DNA of 64,000 nt, from positions 29,202 to 93,201 of the forward strand of contig DMXP01000005.1 in NCBI GenBank assembly GCA_003483855.1, written 5' to 3'. How positions within the stretch are numbered: the first letter of the stretch is position 1; every line of letters starts with the position of its first letter. A model generated the notes under the pieces. It was not told the DNA's origin. It worked only from the letters and a program-made list of their open reading frames with translations, and did not search any database. The position numbers were made by a program, and so were the translations under genes. Shown here one piece after another: positions 1 to 11,244 of the stretch. Source of the DNA: Candidatus Yonathbacteria bacterium (lineage in GTDB: Bacteria > Patescibacteriota > Minisyncoccia > Phycocordibacterales > UBA1550).

Positions 1-3000
1 CAAATGACGCAGCTGACATCCAGCTCTTTGTAGTAAGGGCAACAACAGAAATACCAAGCACCACTGTTTCCCCTTTTGCTTTTTCTCCACCCATCTTCTC
101 AATTCGCTCGTTTTCATGAGCGAGTTCTCCCTGTTCAACCACATCACCAAGATTGAAAATCGTATCTCCAGCATCCTTAATCTTTCTTCGCGAGAACATT
201 TGGCGAATAATTACCTCAATGTGCTTGCGTGAGATAGACGCGCCCTGAAGTTCGTAAATCTTGAGGACTTCAGTAATAATGTAATTTTCTGCTACATCCT
301 TTCCTGCGTACTGGAACACCTCTGCTATGTCTGCTGAACCGTCTGACAAAAGTTGTCCTTTTGACACAGCGTCGCCCACCTTTACAAACGGCGTACGCTT
401 TGCTGATGTTTCGTACTCTATTGCTTCACCCTTTTTCTTGCCTTCACCCTCAGCAGGGAGAACCTTGATAACCAGCTCCTTTTCGTCACGAATTACTTCT
501 GTAATCACGCCGTTTGTGTGAGAAATAATTGCGAGACTCTTTGGCTCACGCTTTTCAAAGATTTCTTCAACACGCGGAAGACCCATAGTAATGTCACCGC
601 CTGCCGATGCAATACCTCCAGAGTGGAAAGTACGCATTGTAAGTTGTGTACCTGGTTCGCCGATAGCTTGAGCAGCGATAATACCCACAGCCTCGCCAAT
701 CTCTACAAGCTCATTTCTACCGATGTCCAGACCATAACACTTGCGACAAATGCCATGTGAAGTCTTGCACGAAAGAGGAGAGCGGACAACGGCTTCGGTG
801 ATACCCTTCGCCTCCGCGTCCTTTGCATCTGCTTTTGACATAAGTTGACCCTTCTTGAAAATCACCGTGCCATCCGCGAGCGCAAGGTCCTTGGCAAGCA
901 CGCGACCTTTTAGATTGCGTGAAAGAAGGATGTCAAACCCAACAAGGTTTTCCTTGCGAATAGTCTTGCCTTCTTTGTCTCCACAGTCTTCCTCGGTGAT
1001 GATGGCGTCCTGCGCTACATCAACAATACGACGAGTAAGGTACCCTGCCTTTGCAGTCTGAAGAGCTGTGTCGGCGAGACCTTTACGTGAACCGTGAGTC
1101 GTAATGAAGTACTCAACCGGAGACAAACCTTCCTTGCTTGATGGAATAATCGGGAAGTCAATAGTGCGTCCCGCCGTGTTGATGATGAGTCCCATCATAC
1201 CTCCCATCTGGAGAATCTGAGCAATAGAACCGCGAGCGCCTGACTTCAACATGTCTTCCACAGAACCATTTTTGTCTAGAGTTCCTGGCATAAATTTTTC
1301 TATCTCGCCACGAGCTCCCTGCCAACACTCAATGGTGCGACGATAACGCTCGTCCTCGGAAAGAAGTCCGGCATTAAATTCTGAACGAATTTCGTCAGCT
1401 TCAATTTTTGCTTTTGCAATAATGCCTTTTTTCTCAGCAGGAATCTTGATCTCATCAATACCCCACGTAATACCAGCCTTGGTTACATACTTGAAACCAA
1501 AGTCCTTGATTTTGTCCAAAATCGGAGGTGTCGCGTCAATGCCGTACTTGTTTACAATCTCGTCAATAATAGACTCAAGCTCCTTTTGTGTAATCTCCTT
1601 GTTTACATATGCGAAGTCTGAAGGAAGCACGCTGTTAAAAAGTAGACGACCGACAGTAGTCTCAAAAACCTGACCGCCGAAAATGGCGTATTTTTGAGAG
1701 TCGGTACCCATCACCTTTATCTTTGCGCGATAGCTCACTGCGTCAAAATCGTGCGCTGTAATAGCGCTGTTTGGCGTAGGAAAAATCTTTCCTTCACCCT
1801 TTGCGCCTTCAATAATCTTTGTCATTGAATAACAACCTAGAGGAATATCAAGTTTTGGTTTTACAATTGGATCGCCGTTACCTGGCCCGAGGAGGTTCTT
1901 GTTTGCGGCCATAAGCTCGCCAGCTTCTTTTTGCGCAGCGTGCGAAAGTGGCACATGTACAGCCATTTGGTCTCCGTCGAAGTCCGCGTTGAAAGCGGCA
2001 CAAACGAGAGGATGAACCTGGATAGCGTTGCCTTCGATTAGTACAGGATGGAAAGCCTGAATACCAAGACGGTGAAGAGTAGGCGCGCGGTTCAAAAGAA
2101 CGTACTTGCCCTTAATCACTTCTTCAAGAATTGCCCACACTTCAGCAACACTGTCGTCTATGAGCTTGTTTGCTCCGCGAATATTGTACGCTAGCTCGCG
2201 CTCAATAATTTTTGAAACGATAAACGGACGGAAAAGCTCAAGAGCCATATGCTTTGGCAAACCGCACTGATCTAGATGAAGTTTTGGCCCAACGACAATA
2301 ACCGAACGACCGGAATAGTCCACACGCTTTCCGAGGAGGTTCTGACGAAAGAGTCCCTGCTTGCCTTTGAGAGTATCAGCGAGTGACTTCAAAGTACGCT
2401 TTTGAGCAGCATTCATTGCCACAGACTGCACACGACGAATAGAGTTATCAATAAGCGAATCCACCGCCTCCTGAAGGATACGCTTCTCGTTGCGGAGGAT
2501 AACATCCGGAGCGCCGATAGCCATGAGTTTCTTCAAGCGATTGTTGCGGTTGATAACGCGACGATACAAGTCGTTAAGGTCAGACGTAGCATGACGTCCA
2601 CCCTCAAGGGCGACCATCGGACGAAGCGCTGGTGGAATAATAGGAATAACTTTAATGAACATCCACTCTGGACGAACTCCAGAATTGATGAGAGACTTCA
2701 CGATTCCCAAACGCTTGTGGAGCTTCGCGCGCTCCACCGCGCCTGCTTTTTCTAGCTCACCCTGAAGCTTCTCGCGGAATTTTACCAAATCAATCTTTTT
2801 GAAGATGTTGTAAATCGCTTCTGCTCCAATACCTGCTTCAAATGCGGTGCTGTATTTGAGCGCAAACTTGTGATAGGTCATCTCATCAAGCACCTTGCCT
2901 TCAACAAGCGATTCAATTTCTTTTTTTGCTGTCAAAAGAAGCTCCTTCAATTTTTCTTTCCCTTTTTCGTCGGTAAGTGTCTTTGATTTGTTTTTATATT

Positions 3001-3469
3001 CCTGATCAAGCTCCTTCAAGAAGTTGTCACGCTCTGTGGTGTTTACAGAAGTGATGATGTACCCCGCAAAGTAAATAACTTTCTCAAGATCCACAATAGG
3101 AAGATTGAGTAGAAGGCCCATGCGTGAAGGAATGGAACGAAGGAACCAAATGTGCGCAACCGGTGAAGCAAGCTCAATATGCCCCATTCGCTCGCGACGA
3201 ACGATAGAGCGAGTAACCTCAACTCCACATTTCTCACAAATAATATTCTTGTAACGAATGCGTTTATACTTTCCGCAGTAACATTCGTAGTCCTTTTCAG
3301 GCCCGAAGATTCGCTCGTCAAAGAGACCTCCGCGTTCACTCCTTTGTGTGCGATAGTTGATAGTCTCCGGCTTTGTAACCTCGCCGTATGACCACTCCTT
3401 GATGCGTTCAGGAGATGCAAGCTTGAGAACTATTTCGTCGAAATTCTGTAATTCGCGTAGTGTTTTCAT
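1..3469 (-). CDS. rpoC: RNA polymerase beta' subunit (runs off the window edge)
   Basis: ATG at 3469 directly after the rpoB stop. Minus-strand reading gives the NADFDGD catalytic motif (~1970-1990) and [17 protein letters not shown]. Missing from the ORF track because its stop lies outside the window. Confidence 0.98.
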   Translation of the reverse strand, partial: MKTLRELQNFDEIVLKLASPERIKEWSYGEVTKPETINYRTQRSERGGLFDERIFGPEKDYECYCGKYKRIRYKNIICEKCGVEVTRSIVRRERMGHIELASPVAHIWFLRSIPSRMGLLLNLPIVDLEKVIYFAGYIITSVNTTERDNFLKELDQEYKNKSKTLTDEKGKEKLKELLLTAKKEIESLVEGKVLDEMTYHKFALKYSTAFEAGIGAEAIYNIFKKIDLVKFREKLQGELEKAGAVERAKLHKRLGIVKSLINSGVRPEWMFIKVIPIIPPALRPMVALEGGRHATSDLNDLYRRVINRNNRLKKLMAIGAPDVILRNEKRILQEAVDSLIDNSIRRVQSVAMNAAQKRTLKSLADTLKGKQGLFRQNLLGKRVDYSGRSVIVVGPKLHLDQCGLPKHMALELFRPFIVSKIIERELAYNIRGANKLIDDSVAEVWAILEEVIKGKYVLLNRAPTLHRLGIQAFHPVLIEGNAIQVHPLVCAAFNADFDGDQMAVHVPLSHAAQKEAGELMAANKNLLGPGNGDPIVKPKLDIPLGCYSMTKIIEGAKGEGKIFPTPNSAITAHDFDAVSYRAKIKVMGTDSQKYAIFGGQVFETTVGRLLFNSVLPSDFAYVNKEITQKELESIIDEIVNKYGIDATPPILDKIKDFGFKYVTKAGITWGIDEIKIPAEKKGIIAKAKIEADEIRSEFNAGLLSEDERYRRTIECWQGARGEIEKFMPGTLDKNGSVEDMLKSGARGSIAQILQMGGMMGLIINTAGRTIDFPIIPSSKEGLSPVEYFITTHGSRKGLADTALQTAKAGYLTRRIVDVAQDAIITEEDCGDKEGKTIRKENLVGFDILLSRNLKGRVLAKDLALADGTVIFKKGQLMSKADAKDAEAKGITEAVVRSPLSCKTSHGICRKCYGLDIGRNELVEIGEAVGIIAAQAIGEPGTQLTMRTFHSGGIASAGGDITMGLPRVEEIFEKREPKSLAIISHTNGVITEVIRDEKELVIKVLPAEGEGKKKGEAIEYETSAKRTPFVKVGDAVSKGQLLSDGSADIAEVFQYAGKDVAENYIITEVLKIYELQGASISRKHIEVIIRQMFSRRKIKDAGDTIFNLGDVVEQGELAHENERIEKMGGEKAKGETVVLGISVVALTTKSWMSAASF

Positions 3470-3470
3470 A

Positions 3471-6400
3471 TTATTTTTTCTTATTGAGCGAAATGTCGAG
3501 TGAGAGCCCGCGTAGATAATTTAGAAGCACATTGAACGACTCGGGGATATTTGTGCTTGTGATGTCGTTGCCTTTCACAATAGCGTCAAATGCTTCCGAA
3601 CGACCTGAAATATCGTCTGATTTAATAGTGAGCATTTCACGAAGGACATGCGATGCGCCGTAACCTTCCAGAGCCCACACTTCCATTTCTCCAAAACGCT
3701 GACCTCCACCTTGCGCCTTTCCGCCAAGTGGCTGTTGCGTGATGAGAGAGTACGGCCCGATTGAACGCATGTGGATCTTGTCTTCCACCATGTGGTTTAG
3801 TTTCAAGATGTACATATAACCAACCGCAATATCCTGATCAAACGAGTCTCCAGTGCGTCCGTCAAAGAGTGGCATCTTGCCGTCCTCGCGGTAGCCTGCC
3901 TTCACGAGCTCGCCCTTAATTTCCTCAACTGTTGCTCCCATAAACGGAGGTACGATTGCCTGATAGTTGAGCGTGTGCGCGGCTAGACCCAAGTGAAGCT
4001 CAAGAATTTGTCCCAAGTTCATACGAGAAGGCACGCCGAGCGGAGTAAGCACAACATCAATAGGTGTACCGTCTGCCATGTATGGCATATCCTCCTCAGG
4101 AAGGATTACAGAAATAACACCCTTGTTACCGTGACGTCCCGCAAGCTTGTCGCCCACAGAAATGTTACGCACCTGAGCAACTTCAATGTGAATTTTCTTG
4201 ATGATACCGCTGTCTAGCGCATCGCCCTTTTCGCGCGAGAATACTTTCACACCAATCACGCGTCCACGCTTGCCGTGATCCATGCGAAGCGAAGTGTCTT
4301 TCACGTCGCGAGCCTTGTCTCCGAAAATACTGCGAAGGAGTCGCTCCTCAGGGGTCAATTCTGTCTCACCCTTTGGCGTAATCTTTCCAACCAAAATATC
4401 TCCTGGGTGCACCTCTGCGCCAATACGAATGATGCCGTCTTCGTCCAAGTCTTTGAGCTTGAGCTCACCAACGTTTGGAATATCGTGAGTTGTAACCTCG
4501 GGCCCGAGCTTTGTGTCACGCACATTCACAACAAACTCGTCCATGTGAATAGAAGTAAACTTGCTGTCCTTTACGAGACGCTCCGAAAGAATGATCGCGT
4601 CTTCGTAGTTGGAACCTGCCCATGACATAAACGCAACGAGCGCGTTTTGCCCGATAGCAATCTGACCATTGTCTGAAGACGAAGTGTCAGCAAGTACAGC
4701 TCCCTTCTTCACCTTGTCGCCCACGTTTACAATAGGACGCTGATGGAATGCTGTGAATCCGTTTGTTCGTGAGAATGTTACAAGCTTGTATGAATGTTCC
4801 TTCCCATCTCCACCCTTCAAAACAATTTTTCTTGAATCCGAATGAGTGACAGTGCCATCCACATCCGCAATAACGAGACGACCTGTGTCGCGAGCAGCCA
4901 TTCCCTCCATACCTGTTGCAACCAGCGGAGCCTCTGGCACAACTACTGGGATTGCCTGCTTCTGCATGTTTGAACCCATGAGCGCGCGGTTTGCGTTGTC
5001 GTGTTCCAAAAATGGAATCATGGATGTAGCTACCGAGTATGCTTGGTTTGCTGCGATGTCCATGTAGTGCACATCCGCGCGGTCTACAAGCTCTGGGTGT
5101 CCAGCGCGACGAACCTCAACCTTCTCTTCAACAATGCTGTCACCATCCATTTTCAAAGACGCATGCGCGATGTTGTATTGCTCTTCTTCTAACGCATCCA
5201 TGTACACGATTTCTTTTGTGGTCTTGCCGTTCTTCACCTTTACATAAGGCGTTTCAATCATTCCAAAGTCATTGATGCGCGCATAGCAAGAGAGACGGAG
5301 AATAAGACCGATGTTTGGACCTTCTGGAGTGTGGATAGGGCAAAGGCGTCCGTAGTGCGATGTGTGCACGTCGCGAACTTCAATACCAGCGCGTTCGCGA
5401 GTGAGGCCACCTGGCCCAAGCGCTGAAAATGTGCGGAGAAGCTCAATTTCAGAAAGCACGTTGTACTGACTCATAAACTGAGAGAGCTGGTTTGTCGCAA
5501 AGAATTCCTTTAGTCGCGCCTGAAGCGGGCGAGGAGAAATAAATTGCACAGGCATTGTGGCGTCGGTATCAATTGTGGACATTCTGTCCTGAATATTACG
5601 CTTCATCTGTGTCATACCCACGCGAATCTTTTGCTGGAGCATTTCACCTACAGAGCGAATGCGACGGCTTCCGAGGTGGTCAATATCGTCTGGAAGAGCG
5701 CGAGGGTCTGCGTTTAGCTTTACGATGTGCGAAACGATTGTTGCAACATCACTTGCATCAATAGTGCGTCTTGCAATATCATCTTTATCAAGTCCTTTTC
5801 CAAAACGCTTGTTAAACTTAAAGCGTCCTACTTCTGATAGGTCATACTTCTCCTTTGCAAAAATAGAGTTCACGAAACCGCGAGCATTTTCTGCTGTTGC
5901 AAGGTCGCCATCGCGAAGCTTCTTGTGAATTTCAATAAATGATTCGTCAGGAGTAAGAGCGAGGTCTTTTGCGAGAGTTGCTTCAATCACCTTCTTTACC
6001 GCTTCGTCTTTCTTTGCAAATGCTTTTAGAATTGCTTCATTGTTTTCCAAACCAAGAGCGCGAAGAAGCACGGTTACAGGGAACTTGCGCTTTTTATCAA
6101 TACGCACGTACACCGCTCCGTCTGGATCGGACTCCACCTCTACCCATGCGCCACGGCCTGGGATAATTTTTGCGCCGAAGTAACGCTTGCCCTTGAGCTC
6201 GTCTACGGTGAATGACACACCGAATGAACGAGAAATCTGTGGCACAACCACGCGTTCAACCCCGTTCACGATAAATGTACCGTGCGAGGTCATCATAGGA
6301 AAATCCGCCATAAAGATTTCCTGCTCTTTCTCACTCTTAAACGTTTTGTTTATAAGTTTTACGCGCGCTTTGAGAGGCGCTTCGTAAGAGAGGTTGTTTT

Positions 6401-6623
6401 CTTTTGCAAAATACTCGTCATACTTTGGCGCCGAGAGTTCAATGCCAACGAATTCAAGTTCAAACTTTTTTTCCGAGTAATCTTTAATCGGAGAAAATTC
6501 TTTAAATGCTTCCTTGAGTCCTACTTCGAGAAGCCATTTGTATGACTTCAAGTGTGTCTCTACGAGGTTCGGGAGTTCGATTTGCGGTTTCTTGTACCGC
6601 GCAAAATATTTCTGTTCTCGCAT
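3471..6623 (-). CDS. rpoB: RNA polymerase beta subunit
   Basis: GDKLAGRHGNKG, GGQRFGEMEVWALE and TPEGPNIGLI motifs. Confidence 0.99.
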   Translation of the reverse strand: MREQKYFARYKKPQIELPNLVETHLKSYKWLLEVGLKEAFKEFSPIKDYSEKKFELEFVGIELSAPKYDEYFAKENNLSYEAPLKARVKLINKTFKSEKEQEIFMADFPMMTSHGTFIVNGVERVVVPQISRSFGVSFTVDELKGKRYFGAKIIPGRGAWVEVESDPDGAVYVRIDKKRKFPVTVLLRALGLENNEAILKAFAKKDEAVKKVIEATLAKDLALTPDESFIEIHKKLRDGDLATAENARGFVNSIFAKEKYDLSEVGRFKFNKRFGKGLDKDDIARRTIDASDVATIVSHIVKLNADPRALPDDIDHLGSRRIRSVGEMLQQKIRVGMTQMKRNIQDRMSTIDTDATMPVQFISPRPLQARLKEFFATNQLSQFMSQYNVLSEIELLRTFSALGPGGLTRERAGIEVRDVHTSHYGRLCPIHTPEGPNIGLILRLSCYARINDFGMIETPYVKVKNGKTTKEIVYMDALEEEQYNIAHASLKMDGDSIVEEKVEVRRAGHPELVDRADVHYMDIAANQAYSVATSMIPFLEHDNANRALMGSNMQKQAIPVVVPEAPLVATGMEGMAARDTGRLVIADVDGTVTHSDSRKIVLKGGDGKEHSYKLVTFSRTNGFTAFHQRPIVNVGDKVKKGAVLADTSSSDNGQIAIGQNALVAFMSWAGSNYEDAIILSERLVKDSKFTSIHMDEFVVNVRDTKLGPEVTTHDIPNVGELKLKDLDEDGIIRIGAEVHPGDILVGKITPKGETELTPEERLLRSIFGDKARDVKDTSLRMDHGKRGRVIGVKVFSREKGDALDSGIIKKIHIEVAQVRNISVGDKLAGRHGNKGVISVILPEEDMPYMADGTPIDVVLTPLGVPSRMNLGQILELHLGLAAHTLNYQAIVPPFMGATVEEIKGELVKAGYREDGKMPLFDGRTGDSFDQDIAVGYMYILKLNHMVEDKIHMRSIGPYSLITQQPLGGKAQGGGQRFGEMEVWALEGYGASHVLREMLTIKSDDISGRSEAFDAIVKGNDITSTNIPESFNVLLNYLRGLSLDISLNKKK

Positions 6624-6889
6624 ATGGTGATGTAACGCGTTAATTACAAAATGCCTCTTAACCCATTATTGGTTGCCCGTAAACAGCAAAAATCAAAAAG
6701 GCACGGAATATCCACCTTTCTGATTAAACAAGGGTATAAAAGACACTTAATACCTATTAAAATTGTACCTCCTCTCTATCGTACGGCGCCAAGTACGCAA
6801 TCAAATTACCGTTAAAAAGCAGTATACCAGACTGTAAATTGGTGTCAATGCGTAAATTATCCTTACACAGCAAGGATAATTCTGAATTT

Positions 6890-7771
6890 CTACTGCCAGG
6901 CTTCATGAAGATGCTCCGCAAGCTTACGCTTCAAGAGACCTCCGTCAATCAATTCCACTGAGTTTGACTTCGCCAAAGCTATCGCTCCTTGTGTAAAATA
7001 TGAAGTCGTTATTACAACTGCTCTTGTACACCCATAATGTACTCGCCCCGCCACCGCTTGCTGAACTGCTTTGTTATCGACAGGATCCTGATAACACTTC
7101 GCTTGAATAAGTATGCTCTCACCATTTTTATTCGCAATAACATCTGCGCCTTGATCACCAGAGCCACCTACTCTTTTACTTGCGTAACCCATCGCGCTAT
7201 AAAGTCGGGCGACAAGATTTTCAAATTCAATTCCACTTTTGCTCAACTCGCTCATGTTGTGCACTGCTTTTGTTCCAATACTTTCATTTAAATATCTATT
7301 CTCTTTTTTATCAATAAAATGTCTCAAGATTACAGAAAGTTCACCATAATCTTTTGTTGATATGGTGATATTTTTTTTATTAGCATTATCACGAAAGTCA
7401 TCGAGACGCTTCCACTCAAACTTGTACCCCCGATATTCCCAAGGTTTAATTTTGCCCTCCTTTCCAAACTGGTCAATGAAGCTGTTTACACTACTCTCAA
7501 AACCAGTATTTGCTATCTGCTCAAGGATACTATCAAGATGACGTTTCGTATTTTCCCTTCTTTTAAATATGTAAAACATATAGGCACCGACAGCTAGGAC
7601 AAGTACCGCAAGTGCAGGAAAAACGTAATGATTCATCTCAAACCAAAAACGATTAGTATCCACGTAGTATACGAATATGAGGTACGCGATACCAAACACA
7701 AATAGACCTGCAACCCCTCTCAAAAAACCATCTTCTTCATTTTCTTTTCTTCTGTAGCGTCTTTTATACAT
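6890..7771 (-). CDS. Membrane-anchored Mrr-type (type IV) restriction endonuclease
   Basis: Two N-terminal hydrophobic helices. The C-terminal EFENLVA...GDQGADVIA...IQAKCY...VITTSYFT matches the Mrr_cat PD-(D/E)xK pattern (QxK variant). Confidence 0.85.
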   Translation of the reverse strand: MYKRRYRRKENEEDGFLRGVAGLFVFGIAYLIFVYYVDTNRFWFEMNHYVFPALAVLVLAVGAYMFYIFKRRENTKRHLDSILEQIANTGFESSVNSFIDQFGKEGKIKPWEYRGYKFEWKRLDDFRDNANKKNITISTKDYGELSVILRHFIDKKENRYLNESIGTKAVHNMSELSKSGIEFENLVARLYSAMGYASKRVGGSGDQGADVIANKNGESILIQAKCYQDPVDNKAVQQAVAGRVHYGCTRAVVITTSYFTQGAIALAKSNSVELIDGGLLKRKLAEHLHEAWQ

Positions 7772-7836
7772 ATTAGAAACAGTATACCAAATTCAAAACA
7801 ATAATTCCTAGTTCACATAGGCGAGCCCTATGTAAA

Positions 7837-8439
7837 CTACTTCAACTTCCCCTTTCGCCACTTCTCAATCTTTTTGATACCGAGCTTTTTTCCGAGGCAA
7901 TTAACCCATGCCTCGTCAGTCCCCCGAGACGCATAGTGTCTAATGTTGACAACCTTACCGCACCTAATTCTATCCCTAAAGTGCTCATTAAAACATCTCC
8001 ACAAAAAAGATGTGTCTGCACCTAAGGTAATAAATACTGTATCCTTGCCGATTTTAACATCCATCATTTCTTTTTCAAATAAATCTGCGTGTTTTTTAAT
8101 CTTTTCAGGATGCTTATGAAAATAAGATTCTACTTCTCGTGCATTTGCATTCGCATGATACTTAAAAATATCAGTCAGGTAGGAGCCCCTTAGTTTAGTA
8201 TCATTATTGCACGCATACATTAACTTCCTATCATGTTGCCCACCGTGGAAATTTGACCATGATGGTTTCTTCAAGTCTTTTGATATATTTAAACCAACAA
8301 ACACATATCTCGTATTCAGTTGAGCAACACTTTCATCAATAACAGATGTATCATTCTGGTCATTTTCATCCCAAATCGCCCAACTGGAACATGGGCCGTA
8401 TTCCATGCTTAATTTTTCATATTCATTAGTGGTATACAT
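7837..8439 (-). CDS. Hypothetical protein, possible uracil-DNA glycosylase-superfamily fold
   Basis: VFVGLNIS resembles the UDG/MUG GxNP motif; also YLTDIFK, FITLG and a late HY motif. Confidence 0.5.
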   Translation of the reverse strand: MYTTNEYEKLSMEYGPCSSWAIWDENDQNDTSVIDESVAQLNTRYVFVGLNISKDLKKPSWSNFHGGQHDRKLMYACNNDTKLRGSYLTDIFKYHANANAREVESYFHKHPEKIKKHADLFEKEMMDVKIGKDTVFITLGADTSFLWRCFNEHFRDRIRCGKVVNIRHYASRGTDEAWVNCLGKKLGIKKIEKWRKGKLK

Positions 8440-9183
8440 TTAATCAATAACATACCCATCTACTTTTTGAGAGTGGAACAGTGTTGTATTTGAAACAACA
8501 GTGACTCCATTATCCCACGCCTCAACACTATAGCCATGGGTGAACGGGGTAAGCAAGACATCATCTGGGATATCCACGAAATGCTCTGTTGAGTAACCAG
8601 AAGACGAGGGGAAGAAAGTGACTGAATTAGGACCATAAGTATACAAAACTAGCCGTGAATTAGCTGGAATATTTGTTCTCCATGAGAAACGACCTGAGTT
8701 ATTAATATTAGTTATACCTCTCAGTAAAATTGACAGTGCAGGGACATCCTCTTGAGATATCTGAGTTTGTACAGGTTGAACTAAAACGGATGGGATAATT
8801 ACTGCTTCCTTTATCCATCGAACAACATTTCCTCTTGCATCAATCTCGGCAACAGCACCATTTTGAAATGTTACGATACTAGTCTTTGACTCGTCCTGTT
8901 TTTGTGCTACCTGTGGTTCGGGTGTAACTTGCTTTTTAGGTGATACAACCACAGAGTTTTTACTTTTTTTTGTAGCTACTTCTTTTTGTTGAGAAACTTC
9001 CCCCGAACTTGTTGCAGTTGTTGTCGCTTTTTTATTTTCAAAATTTACATCATGAGTTTGCTCAACTCTCACTTCTGCTGGTCTACTAAAAATCTTCCAA
9101 GAAAACGGATTCCACCATGAAGCCAGCGCAATCTGTGGCACAATAAGCGTAGCTACAGCCAAAGAGATCAAGATTTTTTTCAT
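8440..9183 (-). CDS. Secreted hypothetical protein (WWNPFSW N-terminal motif)
   Basis: Signal peptide ending ALA, then SWWNPFSW, a low-complexity linker and a beta-rich C-terminus. Confidence 0.7.
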   Translation of the reverse strand: MKKILISLAVATLIVPQIALASWWNPFSWKIFSRPAEVRVEQTHDVNFENKKATTTATSSGEVSQQKEVATKKSKNSVVVSPKKQVTPEPQVAQKQDESKTSIVTFQNGAVAEIDARGNVVRWIKEAVIIPSVLVQPVQTQISQEDVPALSILLRGITNINNSGRFSWRTNIPANSRLVLYTYGPNSVTFFPSSSGYSTEHFVDIPDDVLLTPFTHGYSVEAWDNGVTVVSNTTLFHSQKVDGYVID

Positions 9184-9221
9184 ACCAATATGGTACTCCT
9201 CTTCCCTCAGATAAGCAACAT

Positions 9222-9635
9222 TTATTCCTCTGACTTCTTCACTTCTCTTTCCTTACTTCGTGTAGTTGAACCATACATAAAAACTCCTACAAGTGATGCA
9301 AGAGTACCCACGCCGATTATACCGCCAGCAATGGCATTCCCATAGATAGAGATGATTGCGGAAACAACAAGCCCAGCAACAGCAATAACAAAACCAAGAA
9401 TTTGACCCCATTTTGAACGAGCAATGTCGGAACTAATTACCTTTTGCTCAAGATCTTTTCTGTGCGCAGATTGGTCTTCTGCCATCTTGATTATTCTTTC
9501 AGCCGAACCAGGAACTACTTCTTCAAACTTGCGCAGAATGTCTGGATGAGGAAGCGGTCCAGAAAACGACTGCACAGAGTGCTGTTGAACTACTACACCA
9601 TTCTGATTATGCTGTCTTTGTAAGCCCTTGCTCAT
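9222..9635 (-). CDS. DUF2335 family membrane protein
   Basis: FSGPLPHPDIL...VPGSAERIIKMAE...HR signature plus two C-terminal TM helices. Confidence 0.85.
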   Translation of the reverse strand: MSKGLQRQHNQNGVVVQQHSVQSFSGPLPHPDILRKFEEVVPGSAERIIKMAEDQSAHRKDLEQKVISSDIARSKWGQILGFVIAVAGLVVSAIISIYGNAIAGGIIGVGTLASLVGVFMYGSTTRSKEREVKKSEE

Positions 9636-9828
9636 AATTTTTTATAGAAAACTTTAAGTCCTCGCCAACTGCACCCCAATCACTCTTTAACGCTTTTATA
9701 TCAGCCTCCTGTTCTGTTTCTGAAATATTGTAATCCTGTAGTGTCGCTCCTAAATCAAGAATGCGCGACATACCCTCAAGAAATGATGGTTCTGCAAAAA
9801 GCCTGCTAGAAGAATAGATATTTTTCAT
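9607..9828 (-). CDS. Small hypothetical protein upstream of DUF2335
   Basis: Start reassigned to MKNIY, 6 nt after a TATACT -10 box; overlaps the DUF2335 start. Confidence 0.7.
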   Translation of the reverse strand: MKNIYSSSRLFAEPSFLEGMSRILDLGATLQDYNISETEQEADIKALKSDWGAVGEDLKFSIKNYEQGLTKTA

Positions 9829-9864
9829 ATTGAAAGTATAACAAATCGAGTTTATATATACAAA

Positions 9865-9930
9865 TGCAGAAACCGCAACACGGGGTTGCGGTTTCGCGTC
9901 CTGCCACCGAAGCGACAAGAGGTATGAATT
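9865..9930 (-). ncRNA. Candidate small two-hairpin RNA
   Basis: Minus strand: TTGCAA-17-TATCTT promoter, then CTTGTCGC-TTCG-GTGGCAGG and GAAACCGCAAC-N5-GTTGCGGTTTC hairpins. Confidence 0.45.
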
Positions 9931-9964
9931 AAAGATACCTTACCTCTATGCAAATTGCAAGCAG

Positions 9965-9973
9965 TTATCCACA
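9965..9973. promoter_or_regulatory. DnaA-box consensus
   Basis: TTATCCACA, perfect match. Confidence 0.5.
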
Positions 9974-10103
9974 GCCTCAAAACCTACCTCATCTTCCCTC
10001 TCCTCCACTCTTGAATTAGCAAATTCACTTACGTGTCATATCTTCTTATGGTCGCCCGACGAAATTTCCTTTTAGAAATTTTTTCGGGTAAACCACCCGA
10101 GGA

Positions 10104-10763
10104 CTACCTTAGTTTACCTTCTCTCCATTTTTCTATCGCAGAATGGTCGCCGGACAGTAATACCTTTGGGACTCGGTACTTTTTGCCTTTCCATTCTAGG
10201 ACTTCGGGGCGAGTGTACATCTCGGGGGAAGCAGTGCGTTCCTCCTCTAGCGATTCCATTTTCCCGAGCACGCCTTCAATCTGGCGCGCACAAGCGTCTA
10301 CGACAACCATTGCAGGCACTTCCCCGCCTGTGAGCACAAATGGCCCCACGGAAACCTCCTCCGCTTTGAAAATCTTTTTCACTCGCGCGTCAATACCTTC
10401 GTAGCGACCTGCTATCAAAATAATGTCTGTATATTTGGTAACAAGAGCTTTTGCGTACACGTTTGTAAATTGCTTGCCTCCTGGCGCAAACAAAATTACC
10501 TTCACTTTAGTATTCTTTTTGCGCGCAATACCTCTTGCAATCTTTTCAAGTGTGCGAAGCATCGGCTCTGCTGTCATTACCATCCCAGGACCTCCCGCGT
10601 ATGGGCGGTCATCCACCTTTCCCCATTTGTTACCGGCAAGCTCACGTGGGTCATAATACGAAACAGAGATGAGCTTCCCTTCCTGTGCACGACCAAGAAT
10701 AGACGCGTCCATATATGGACGTACAGCCTCTGGGAAAATAGTGACAATATGAAAACGAATCAT
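10104..10763 (-). CDS. trmD: tRNA (guanine37-N1)-methyltransferase
   Basis: VDDRPYAGGPGMV, GRYEGIDAR and FVLTGGE motifs; start set at MIRFHI. Confidence 0.97.
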   Translation of the reverse strand: MIRFHIVTIFPEAVRPYMDASILGRAQEGKLISVSYYDPRELAGNKWGKVDDRPYAGGPGMVMTAEPMLRTLEKIARGIARKKNTKVKVILFAPGGKQFTNVYAKALVTKYTDIILIAGRYEGIDARVKKIFKAEEVSVGPFVLTGGEVPAMVVVDACARQIEGVLGKMESLEEERTASPEMYTRPEVLEWKGKKYRVPKVLLSGDHSAIEKWREGKLR

Positions 10764-10850
10764 GAGGGGGTAGAATATCGAATATTGAATGTCGAAGTTG
10801 GAATGGGCCCAACTCATTACATTCGTTCAATACTTAATACTATACACCAA

Positions 10851-10885
10851 AAACAAAAGAGCACCATTTTGGCACTCTTTTGTTT
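10851..10885 (-). terminator. Intrinsic terminator-like hairpin after khpA
   Basis: AAACAAAAGAG...CTCTTTTGTTT inverted repeat. Confidence 0.55.
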
Positions 10886-10929
10886 AATGCGAATCCTTGT
10901 ATTATTCAATATTCGATATTCTATTTCTC

Positions 10930-11244
10930 CTACCCCTTTAGTCCTTCAATCACCTCATCCACTGTCTTTGAAGCGCTGGGGCCTTTGCCTCCTGCTGGCT
11001 CGCTGATCTTTAAATTCACACGCGCGTTGTTTTTCATTCCAACTACGCGAAGAAGTGTGCGGATTGCTTTTGCGGTGTTGCCATCGCGTCCGATAATTTT
11101 TCCCATATCTCCGGGATTTACATCAAGCGTGATGAGCACGCCCATTTCGTCCACCACACGTGTTACTTTTACATCGCTTGGATGTTCTACGAGCGCTTTT
11201 ACTACATATTCTAGAAATGTTACATCTGGTTCCTGTGTTGTCAT
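10930..11244 (-). CDS. khpA: KH-domain RNA-binding protein
   Basis: DMGKIIGRDGNTAKAIRTLL; located next to trmD. Confidence 0.92.
   Translation of the reverse strand: MTTQEPDVTFLEYVVKALVEHPSDVKVTRVVDEMGVLITLDVNPGDMGKIIGRDGNTAKAIRTLLRVVGMKNNARVNLKISEPAGGKGPSASKTVDEVIEGLKG

Noticed and set aside
1-3469. rpoC as a pseudogene because it is absent from the ORF track
   Set aside because: It is simply cut by the window edge; conserved motifs are in frame where checked
9965-9973. oriC from DnaA boxes
   Set aside because: Boxes are isolated (9965, 32914, degenerate ~34969) rather than clustered, and there is no dnaA/dnaN nearby
10764-10817. Extended N-termini in the ORF track (trmD, mltG, clpB, trmH, infB, leuS)
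   Set aside because: The extensions are translated intergenic repeats or overlap neighbouring genes; downstream starts were chosen
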